Shown here in pieces: positions 25,801-37,510 of a stretch of DNA of 64,000 nt. The stretch is taken from assembly GCA_964252035.1 (NCBI GenBank), contig OZ176200.1; one strand, given 5' to 3'. Source of the stretch: Podarcis erhardii (taxonomy: Eukaryota). The notes under the pieces were generated by a model that was not told the DNA's origin, did no database searches, and saw only the letters and a program-made list of their open reading frames with translations. Numbering within the stretch: the stretch's first letter is position 1; each line of letters starts with the position of its first letter. A program made the position numbers and the translations under genes.

Positions 25801-28800
25801 ATATTAATAAAACCTTGAATTTTTGTTAAGCATTTGCAATGAGTGATCACAGGGGAAACCTTCCCGATAAAGTAATTGTCAGCCCGAAGCTGCAATAATA
25901 TGTTTGGGGCTGCTGGAACCTCTGCATCAATCCTCAATTCCATTACTTGCAAATTTCAGCAGCAGCACTATTTGGGACTTATGCAGATTTCCTTAAGGTG
26001 AAATCATCTTAAATCCAAGCACTTCAGCTTAACTGGACAAAGGACTTACAAGAAAATATGTAAAGAAGGAAATGTAAAGCAGTAATTGCGCTGGAACCTA
26101 GAGTGTGGCTATAATTTCATTTTCAATGGGGATGCTACTATAAAGGAGGGGCATAGCGACAACTCTTAAGCTGCAGCAAACACAGCTTGTGTACATCAAT
26201 CTATGTGCCACTGAGGTTGGGGAATGCCCTGGGGACATGGATTTGAATACTGGGAACAGACCAGCACAACACAGTAAATAAGTAATTGTGAAAGAAGTAA
26301 GCGTGCTGAGAAAGCCTAACCCCAGGGGAATTGCTTCGAAGTGACTGCTAACAGATGTGATCAACAAGCTGTACTGAGATCCCAGTAAAACCCTGGAGAA
26401 AAGGAAAATGGGAGGAACTAGGCAAGGTCTCCACGTATCTTAATTACGCAGCAACAATGGGAATTTGCCAACATATTTTAATCATGTTTTAATCAGTTCT
26501 GTTAATCTGTTCTGTATCTCCTGTGCATAAATCTTAGAAACTCATTGCACACTGACATCATAATTATATATAATAAAATGTATAATCCTTAAAATGGTGC
26601 TTTTGGCTTTCTGTAGCTTGTTGATAGCTTTTTTGGGGATGCTTGGTATACTTGCTGAATGGTACATGCATATAAAGTGAGAATTATGGATAATGACCGC
26701 TCCCCACTTAAAACGGGGGGCGCCTTTTGCGTGGACGCGTGCAGCCCTGGATCTGGAGTGGCCCCATCAGCATAGGCTTTGCCTTCCCTCAGGTGGGATA
26801 CCTGGAGGTCCCCGCCTACCCCAGCGAGTTGTCCAATCCCACCTGGGGGAAGTGTTGCCAGGGAAACCAGGCCAGGTAAGGGGAGGGATTACCTGCCCAC
26901 ACAATAGAGGGTGGATCTTAATTGTTAATCCTCACTTGGCTCCAGATGCTTGGTATACTTGCTGAATGGTACATGCATATAAAGTGAGAATTATGGATAA
27001 TGAAAGACTTCTCTCCCCCACCCCCCTTTGCTACCAGGAATCCCTCTTTTACAGCGTTAGCTTACAAAGCCATAAAGGAACTGTATCACTCTCTAACATG
27101 CAGATATGCTAGGTCCAAGGAGATGATCAGGATGTGTAGCTGGATGTTTGTGTTTGGGTGTGGACCATGCCGTAAAACATTTTTTTTAAACCCTACTCTC
27201 CAAACCACTGGTTGTGCATGCATTTTTGTCATGATGTCATGCAACCTTGGCCTCAGAGAACAGAGCACAGCCACAAACCATCAGGCTGCCACTTGAAACC
27301 ATAGCTCAGTGGGAGAGAACGCACTTGAGTGCAAAATGTCTCCAAGTATGCTCCCTGCACAGCTTCAGCTCAAAGCAGACTCATGGGGAAAATGGGAGCC
27401 TCCACCTTAGACCGTGCAGAGCTGCTGCAAGTCAGAATGGATAGTACTAGACTAGAGACCTAGAGAGACATACATACCCTTTGAAAAATAAGATAAAATC
27501 TTGCCCTGTACCAAGTAGCTCAAAATGACACAAACGTTTCCCTTCCATTTTATACTTGTGAGGTTGGTCTCTTCAAGGTGGACGTGGAAGACTTGCATTT
27601 GTCACAGTGATAGCAACATAATTTTTTGAAAGGCTTTAGAGAGCAAATATCAGAGAGGAAGTGTGGGGCAATAACAAGGACTAGGATTTTCATTACTAGA
27701 TTACAAACTGCAATTTAGTCTGTTAGCTACTGAGCTTGACATTCTATTCATATATACTCCCTAAAAATCTGACTTCCCTTTGCACTAGCTTACAATGCTT
27801 AGCTTGCAGCTGAACCACCATGGTTAAAATGACATAAAACACAGAAAACTATTTGGGTCCTCTTTTATGCAAGAGCAGGGCGGTCCAACTTTTCACGCAA
27901 AGTTGACTGCAACAGTACTTTGACATGAGACCTGTGGGCCACATGCTACTTTGCTGTGCACACGTGGGGGGGGGGAGCAAGGCCAAAATTTGATGACCCC
28001 CAACCTTCATGCTGCCTTCCCAAAGCCAGTTAAGCAACTTGCAAGGTTCTGGCAGGGACCTAGAGTGCACCCACCTCCTTCCCAAAGCTGGGAAAGTGCT
28101 AACTAGGCTTTGGGAAGGAAAAATGGTGGACTCTAGGACCGTATCAGAGCCCCTCACGTCTCCTTTCCAAAACCCTGAGCCTTGCTTACTCCCAGGCCAC
28201 ATGTTGGACTGCCCTGTGCTAGAAATAGCCAACTTAGCAATGCAGTGTGTGTATGGGTATGTACATACAGACTTCCCAATGTAACCAATGGCAAAAAAAT
28301 TAAACACAAAGCTGAACAATCCGTCTCTGTAAAAATAAAATAATAAAAAACAAAATGAAGAAGCTCCAAAACTATAACATATAAATAAAAAAACATATAA
28401 ATAAAAAAATCCCGACTAAGACCAACTAAGTTTGTATTGGTATGAGCTTTCGTATGTGATTTTGAGATACTGCTCTCCACTGTCACAGGAGAAGGAGAGA
28501 AGGGTCAAAGTGATGCCTGGCCATATAATTCATGCCAAGCCACATAAAATTTGATAGCATAGTCTCTTCTTTCCCTAAACAAACAAAAATAACAGCAGGA
28601 AATATTTTTAGCACTTACAGTTGTGGAGAAAAGTAGCATAACACGAGATCAAAATCTGCTTTAAAAACAGAAAATGTACCGGAGTTGTTCCTACAATCAT
28701 CCCTGCAACCCAGGATTCCAGAATGCTCTCTGGCCTAAGCCTAGACTAGTCCACCACAGGGCTTAGAGACAATTCTGGAAGGTGGAACACCAGTTTGTAT

Positions 28801-31800
28801 GCACGTGTGGACATGGAAAGTACTCTAAAATAAGAATCTTTATTTAATAACCATAGACTCAGCCCAGTTTCTTCTTGAATTCAACAGCTGCAGCTGATGG
28901 GATTTCAAACCAACAACAACATGGGGGGGGGCCCTAATGTTTTCCCACTCTGGTCTATAGGATTGTTTTGACTAATAGACTAGGCAATGGCCACTTCTGA
29001 TTAGAGGAGTGCTGTTTTCAGTGTATCATATATTCTGAGTATCTGGAGACTAGACTGAGGGACTTGCAAATGTATTGGAAAGGGAGGGAAAGGTGAAAGG
29101 GAGAGAATGGATATTTGATTGCCTGGATGAAGGGATAAGACTATTTAAAGACATGACATTCTGCTTTGGCTTATATATCACATTTCTCAATACATGTAAT
29201 GTGACAAGCCACTCTACATGATAACAAATCATCGATCTCTGTGGCATAGGTTGTTTTGCTCAGATTCATCTTCCTTCCTTTTTGGCTTCCCTCTTGCTGA
29301 CTGCAGTATAAAATTAAATCTAAACTCCATCAGTCCATATTTCAGCTTGCCATTATCACACAGACACCCCTTACCACCCCACTCCTATTAAGTAAAATAT
29401 ACAGTTGTGTGTGTTAGCAGTATAAAAAAAAATGATGATTTAGTCAAAAGGGGTGGTGGTGGTGGTGGAAGAAGCCAGGTCCTGAACTCTCACAGAGGTA
29501 ACTTGACTGAAATGCATTTTAATAGGAAAAAAATTGATTCCCTGTACAGCTGAGCAAATGGAAACTTGAACTGTATTTCTCATATCAAATGGCATAATAC
29601 ATGTCATCAATAATGAAAAAGTTTTCTACGTGGCAGGCAATTATCTTAATTTAAAAACAAACACAAGCACCATACTACAATTTCATGCAGGGTAAGAATA
29701 ATTGCTGCAAATTCTGTTGTCTAAGCTGCTGTACTTTACTCTCCATATATCTAATATTTGAAAGTGGGGCAACAGGGTGCAGACATCTTAGACAAGTGCC
29801 TACTTGCAAGTGTACGCAGCAACAAGTGTTTGACACTTTTAACGTGCATTTATAATGGATTTCTACTGGACCATCTGCTCCTCCTGCTGCTGCTACATAC
29901 GTGTTCTTCAATATTCCTACATTACTGACTCCACACTGGCTTTCCTTGAGTCGTCCCGGTCCACTGTTTCCATTTCCATAATCCACTCCCCTTTTTCAAC
30001 AGTGGAAATCAGTTGCACTATCATGCCTTGCCACCATCCCACTTTTTCTACAGCTACAGCTCATCAGCCCAGACCAGGTGATCTAGGGTCCTAACCAGGT
30101 GTGTGTGCTGGGGGGTGGGTGGGCGGGAATCTGGGTTATGACCACAGCCAATGGATGTGACTCTTACTTTTGTACACAAGTCTATATTTCGGCCATACAA
30201 AAGCCAGAGGTTTTCAGACAAACATCTGTCCATGGTGCATGCAGGCAAGCAGAAGCCATCGTCCAAGAATACAATTTAGCCAGGCAAAAACACACAAGGA
30301 AGGGGTGGAGACAGCATTAGCCAAATGGCTAGATACTATCAGCCAAGACAGAAAAGAATCATGCAAACAAGTGCTAGTGGCCCACATGTCTTTAAGTACT
30401 TTGTCTTTAAGTACTCAGGTTGCAACAACTGAAACCCACCCAGGCAATAATGGTGATACAGTTCTATGGGAGCATCTTGCTTATGGACTGCATTCAACAC
30501 CACCTCCAATTTGGAATAGGTGTAATAGATTTCATTATGTGCAAACATTCGTGAGAATGCATGTGCAAGATCCCCCATTGCACATTCAGGATCATGTCAT
30601 GCTATGAAGGCAAATCCTTACTCTTTTTGAATTTTAATAGCTAGATCTCAGGGTTGTTGTTTTTTGCCATTTTACACAATCCGCTTGGTGCATAACTTTC
30701 AATTGCTACAGCATCTCAATACCTGGATCATGGAAGGCTCTTTGCAAAAGTGGGATGCCCCTCAAAAATAAAAGGACACCTTGAGAGGTACAAACAGCAT
30801 CCTATTGATAACACTAATGCACTTAGCAGCTTGGTCATTATTCAACTGTACTTTGTTAAAGGCCATTTCTATAAGAACCGCCCCCCCCAACAATAAATCT
30901 TTGCTCCAATGGTCTAATTTGGAAGCCAAGTCTGCAAATAGATTTTGTTGGCATGCTCTGCAATCCCCTTAATGCTATCTATACATGCCATGCAGCAGTT
31001 TTATGACAAATGCTTCATTTTATATTCATCCAAGCAGCTTTCTATTTTAACCTTCAGTTCAAAACATAAATATAAGGGTGGCAGTTTTATGGGAGAAGGA
31101 AAAAAAGGGGGGATCTACAGATAATTAACTGTTGAATTGTATAAACACTGATTTATCCTCCTGCTTGTTTCCTTCCACAAGTAAGCAGATTAAAAACCGC
31201 AGCCAATGCCCGGGCCAACCAAAGTCGTGCAGACATTCTTACCCCACAGAGCCATGAAGACTGAGAAGAAGACAGTTGCTGGGTTGTCAAAGAGATGGCT
31301 TGCCCGAGATGTGGCACAAGCGGAGCTCAGCTTCCAATAGCTACAGGTTCTATCGCATAAGGGACACATAGTAATATTGTTCCTCTGGTCACACATCTCC
31401 ATGCTGAGGGAAAACAAACAGTGCATGTCAGGTAAATACAAACCATTCTTCAAACTTGGTGTTTTCTTGTCCTGCTTCTCCCCTGGTCCCAATCTGTAAT
31501 TTATACAGATTGTATATTCACCTGACTGACCTGCCAAAAGCTCTTTTCATGAATCCACCTCCTCATTTCAGACTTACCTATGGCTGTTTATACACCATAC
31601 ATTGAAAACATGCACCCCAAATCCTGAGAACTGAAGTTTGCTAAGAGTTCTGGGAGCTATAGCTTTGTACACTTTAAATATATAGTGTATATGCAGCCTA
31701 TATGACAGTATTAGCTGCATGAAGTTACAGTACCAAAAAAGGAAGAAGGGAAATAGCACTGATTCCTTTATAGAGACTCTGCCCTTAAATGTTTGTCTAT

Positions 31801-34800
31801 TATGCTGGTGTGGCTCTGCTATTGCTGCATTTTGTGATGTCATACTGGTCTAAGTATTTTTGTGCTGGTACAATATTGTATGCTTAGGGCATGAAATGTC
31901 TTTCCCGGACACCTAGGAGCCTGCAGAACACCAGTGCCCTAAGACATTCTACTCCATTCTCCTGAGACGCAACTAGTGTTGTTGTAGTTACTGAGCTATA
32001 CTGGCCCAGTGTCAATGTAAAGTGGCCAATATAATCTAACATGTAGCAACAGTTAAGGAAACTGGGACAGGCCACAGAATTGTGCTCTCCCTCAACCTTT
32101 CCTCCGCCCCCTGTATTCTCCTTTTCCTTCCCTTTTCAGCATTAACTTCTGCTGCACTGACATTAACCCTGGTTAATACTGGCCAGCGTTTGCTTTTAAC
32201 CAGAGCTTGAAAGCAGGGTATGAATATGGTCTCCGGACACCAGTTAAAGATAATTGAGGTTAATGTTAACTTTGGCTAGCACAATGCAGATAGAAAGCCA
32301 TAAGATGGAAGGAAGAAATTCACATTGCGGCTAGGGAGGAAACACCAGCTCTGTAACCTGTTCTCATTCCATTTACGTACATGTTCCATAAATTATTTCT
32401 GTACCAGACCATTGCCTATCACTAAATTTCCCTCCGTCTAGGAATTATAGCAAGTAAACAAGTCAAGGCAGTTTAGGCATTTCAATGGAATTTGCCCCAG
32501 GTTGACTCCTATCTCCTGGTACCTTCATGGCACAAAGAACTTGTTTAGGCAGGCATTTCTATAGGAGTGAGGAAGACAGGGCAAGGGTGAGCCTTCTCTG
32601 GAAACAGACTTCAGAGGAACCCTCACTATGTACAAATGTACGAAGTATACATGGACTCAGAGCTTAATTTGCAGCACAGCTCTCTGAAGACCTGCTTTCA
32701 GTGCCATCCCTTAAACATGTGTACATAACAGAATGCTTTGCAAAACGCATTCCCCATCCCATTAGTCCTCTTCAATTTGCAGAAGGAGAAAAGCATTTCC
32801 AGGCTGGTTGAAGTTTTTTTTGACACCCACTCCCTTCAACTTTTTAGCATACGTCCAAGCAGTTTTCAACTTGACCAGCATTTTCTAGGCATGGGGCTGG
32901 GCAGTTTTCTCCTTTCCCAGGAAAAACCCGCTCTTTAGCTTTAAATAAGAACAAACAGCAATCCACGGAAAATTGGGTTGCTGTTAGTTCTGAGTGAGCA
33001 CTAGAGAGCAGTTTTCTCTGGAGAAGAGAAGCAGGACAAGAGCAAGTATGGATAAGCTCATAGCCTCTCCAGAACTCCTCCCAATGTGTAACCATTTTTC
33101 TTGAACTATGATGCTTAATAATAAAAATGACCATTAGAATCAAACTCATACTTCAAGGAATATGAGAAGTCATGGGGGAAAGGGTTAAGTGGTGATCTAC
33201 TATGTATTTTGGTAATTTGTTTGTTTGCTATGCACTTGGACACCTTTTAGAATTCTGGACTGGATTACTTCAGAGAATGACATTTCAGAAGACTAGTTCC
33301 AGGGATGCCAGTGCAGATGTTTCTGGACTCCAACTCCTATTATTCCTGACCATTGGGCATTCTTACTGACGGGGTTTGTAGGCCAATAACATCTGGAGAG
33401 CATCACATTGGCTATGCCTGGTCTATACTAAGGAAACTCTTTCCTCCCACATGCCACACTAAGTTCTGAACCCCTTACGTCTAATCTTTGCAGCGATTCC
33501 ATCAGCCAGATACCACAAGGAAACAAAAATGTTGAGGAAAAACAGACATTTCCCATAAATTAGAACTGTGTCGCAAGTTGCAGCACTTAACTAATATACA
33601 TTATTAGCATCCTTCTATTTCCTGTACCCTATATTGATCTATTTTCAATTAAAGATCTGAAAGCTTTAAAAAGCAGCCACAGAAAATGTGACTCTTAAGA
33701 GATATAAGGCAAGTAAGCTGATATCTTTTTCCTGAATAAGACCTGTTGGTGTCAGAGTATGCAAGCTTTCAAGACTGATGACAGCAAGTTACATATAATG
33801 GATCATTAAGTGAAGTTAGTAAAACTCCCATCTTATCAGCTTTGGACCTCATGCAGAACAGTTCTGTATGTATATTCAGAAGTCCCATTGACTTCAATGG
33901 AACTTACTCCCAGGTAAATGCGTACAGAGCATTGAAGCCTCATTCTTAGAGAATATCACTGTATATAACAAGCTAAATAAAAAAAATAAAAAAGTTGTCC
34001 AGGAGTGCCTTAGAGACCAACTAAGTTTGTTCTTGGTATAAGCTAACTAGTGCTTCTAATTTCAGCAGGGTGTAGATATTTCGATACTCAAAATTAATTC
34101 ATCTCCCATCTATGAAATGGTCAAGCAGTTTCTGTGCATGGAAGCTGAGTACCTATTAGCACTCAATAGTTTTTTGTATATAAGCATCTCTGGATTTGGG
34201 GCAGTTCTTGCCCTTTATATGTACAAGACTCATCAACAGGCATGAAATAAGCTAACACTTATACTTTCATATAATGTTATTTATACATTTATCTTGAGTT
34301 CAGCAGTGTTAGCTATGTGCGAGAAGTTAATATACCTGCACAGTTCATACAGCTGTACAGTGGTGCCCCGCAAGACGAATGCCTCGCAAGACGAAAAAAC
34401 CGCTAGACGAAGAGACTCGCGGAACGGATTCTTTTCATCTTGCGAGGCACCACTGTAATCAGATGATAAACTTATTTCATGCCTGAGCATGACTGAGCAG
34501 ACTGGACATGGCCTGTGTCATAAGAGGAAATGAGGACGTTTTGAACACGTGGAAGATGGAAACCCACAAATGTGTATGTTACCTTGGTATGTTCTCGTCC
34601 ACTGTTGCACAGCCATACAGGAACACGATAATCCCCACAATGGAAGCTGGAATAAGCATTTGTGTATAAACGCCAAGCCAGGCAAAATACAGTCCAATCT
34701 TTTCACCAAAGTACTTTCTGAAATACATTGAAGGGGAAACATTGTGCAATGTTTACTGTTTCTTAAATTGTACCATGCTTAAGCTTATGAATCACACAGC

Positions 34801-37462
34801 AGGGTTGACTTTGAAGGAGAAAATAAGCCCTGTTGATTAGTTGGAACGCATTTCCCCTTGGAGGATTCTTGTCTGCATGCTGCTTGGAACAGATCCAGGA
34901 CTGGAGGCACCAAGTAAGTCATCCATTCCTGCTTATCAGGCAGCTTTGCTGATCTGTTTCTATAGCTATCTTGGTCACCATAGGCTTGGCGAGGATCTCC
35001 TCACACTGGCTCAGTTCAGACACAATGATAAACCATGGTTTATTGTTATGAGGACAATAAGGCATGTCTTCTTTCCTCCCTGCCCCAAGTGCAAGGCAAG
35101 GGGATTGGTAGGCTCAGCTTCCACTTAGTGGCAAACCACAGTACACCGTTTCCTTTAAGCCAGGCATGGCCAAACTTGGCCCTCCAGATGTTTTGGGACT
35201 ACAACTCCCATCATCCCTAGCTAACAGGACCAGTAGTCAGCGATGATGGGAATTGTAGTCCCAAAACATCTGGAGGGCCAAGTTTGGCCATGCCTGCTTT
35301 AAGTAAAGCATAGTTTGCAACATCCAGACACCATAGCAAACTGTGGTTTGCCATTAAGTAGAAACAATAGCCTTCAATTTCCTTCCCTCACACATGTCTG
35401 AAATGAGCTTTCCTTTTAGTGCACAGACTCTCCTGTTCCAAAAGCAATAAATGAAACCCAGATTCTAAGTGTAGAGTCTTAATTTAACAAAGTCTTCCTT
35501 TATTTTGTGCAGATGAATGTGATAAATGGAGCTGCACAATATATTGAAGTGTCTGGCCAAAAGCTGAAAAAAAAATGAAGTAGGAGGTTAGAGAGAAAAA
35601 TATATTCCCTTGCTGATTCTTTCCAGTGAAGCTTTCATTAAGTCCAAGTATATTGCTAATGGATACTGTTCCATTCAGCCTTTTGTAGTAAGGTGGTGTC
35701 ACTAGAATTTGGTGGTGGTAGCAGAGCATTCAGGTTTTTCCCAAGCTGCATCTCCCTGGGAATTGCTGAAAAGGGTGGAGTTGCAAAATAGTACCTGCTA
35801 CCTGCCTTGTTACCTTTGGGGCCTTGCTATACATTATGTTAAAAATGTGATTAGCAGTTTTGTCATTTTTAAAAAAATAAAATGAAATACTAGGAATGTG
35901 GGAAGGGGGGGGAGTATCAGTTTGGCATCAATCTGTGGAAGTTTAGGCCACTCCTCCCCAGCCATGATCCCATTTTCTCCACTCCTATTGTTGGACACAG
36001 CATGGTGTAGTGGTTTGATTGTTGGATTTGGACCTGGAGGGCCAGAGTTCAAATCCCCACACAATTATGACGCTCACTGGGTAACTATGGACCAGTCTCT
36101 ATCTCTTGGTCTAATCTATGCCACAGAGTTGTTGTGAGGATAAAATCTGAGTGGGGGGGAATAACCATGCATGTTCCTGGAGAAAAGGTAGGCTATAAAT
36201 TGAATTAAAACAAAATAAGCATGATCTTAAGTTTGTGGAAGGATCACAGTACAGTAATAGAGAACATTATTGCATGCAGAAACTTCAGTCCCAGGCATCT
36301 CCAGGTAAAAAGGTAAAGGACCCCTGGATGGTTAAGTCCAGTCAAAGGTGACTATGGGGTTGCGGTGCTCATCTCGCTTTCAGGCTGAGGGAGCCAGTGT
36401 TTGTCCACAGACAGCCTTCCGGGTCATGTGGCCAGCATGAGTAAACCGCTTCTGGCTCAATGGAACACAGTGACAGAAAACAGAGTGCATGGAAACGCCA
36501 TTTACCTTCCCACCGCAGCGACACCTACTTGCACAGGTGTGCTTTCGAACTGGGAGGTTGGCAGGAGCTGGGACAGAGCAACAGGAGCTTACTCCGTCAT
36601 GGGGATTTGAACCACCAACCTTCAAATTGGCACGCCCAAGAAGCTCAGTGGTTTAGACCACAGTGCCACCTGCATTTAGAACCACTCTTGGTTGTCAAAC
36701 TGAATACAGAGAGAGGATGAACATATGACCTGGGCAGTTTGACTTTTCTCTTGAGCCTCAAGCTGTAAACAAACATTTGGAGGAAAGGGGCAAGGCAATA
36801 TTTTAGGTTTAATGAAGGACCACATTCTCCTTACCTCACTAGGTCAATTGGTTGGTACTTATAAAAGACTCCATAACTTGCCCATTCCTCACACAGGAGC
36901 TGTAAAAGAAATTTAAATTTAAAACTAAAACTAAAACTAAAACTGCAAGCAAGCAGTTCCTTCCTTGCTTCCACTACAGAGTTCACATTGTCCTCTGGTG
37001 TCACCATCTTGTGGGTTTATATTCTTTAATCCACCAATACATATAATTTGCATTAAGTATTGAACATGAGTTTGATGGTTTGGCTCACTGACAGCTTCTT
37101 GTATTAATCTACAAGAGAACTAACAGACAGATATAAAGGTGCTGGGGGGCGGAGGGCAGGAGGCAAGAGCGGCCTTGATGTATGATTTGTAGCAATGCAC
37201 ATACTAGAAAGGTTCTTAATAGATCTGGAGGATGTTTGTTCTTTGAGTTATTAGTGTGGGTTAAGACGAAAGAACCTGGCTTATAGTCTCTGAACTAATA
37301 TTAGGCACTATATGAAAGATGCACACTGAACCTAAGAGTAGGACAAAATGATCTTTCTTTATTATTCTTTCCTTCTTTTTTTTACCACGATGTTAGCCAA
37401 ATCAAATAAAGACCACTATTAGTATAAACCCATAAAATTAGAGAAAACTGAGCTGGCCATTT

Positions 37463-37510
<48 letters not shown>

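Noticed and set aside
26693-26965. 90-aa ORF across the direct-repeat insert (APFAWT, faintly Gypsy RT/RNase H-like)
   Set aside because: The resemblance is limited to a few residues and does not continue; insufficient to call a coding fragment.
29675-29986. 103-aa minus-strand ORF in intron 11 as a hidden ANO1 exon
   Set aside because: No convincing acceptor, no similarity to anoctamins, and exons 11 and 12 already join in frame as in mammals.
35993-36674. tRNA genes suggested by A/B boxes (also near 27295 and 55947)
   Set aside because: No cloverleaf or anticodon arm; the boxes run into SINE cores and tails.
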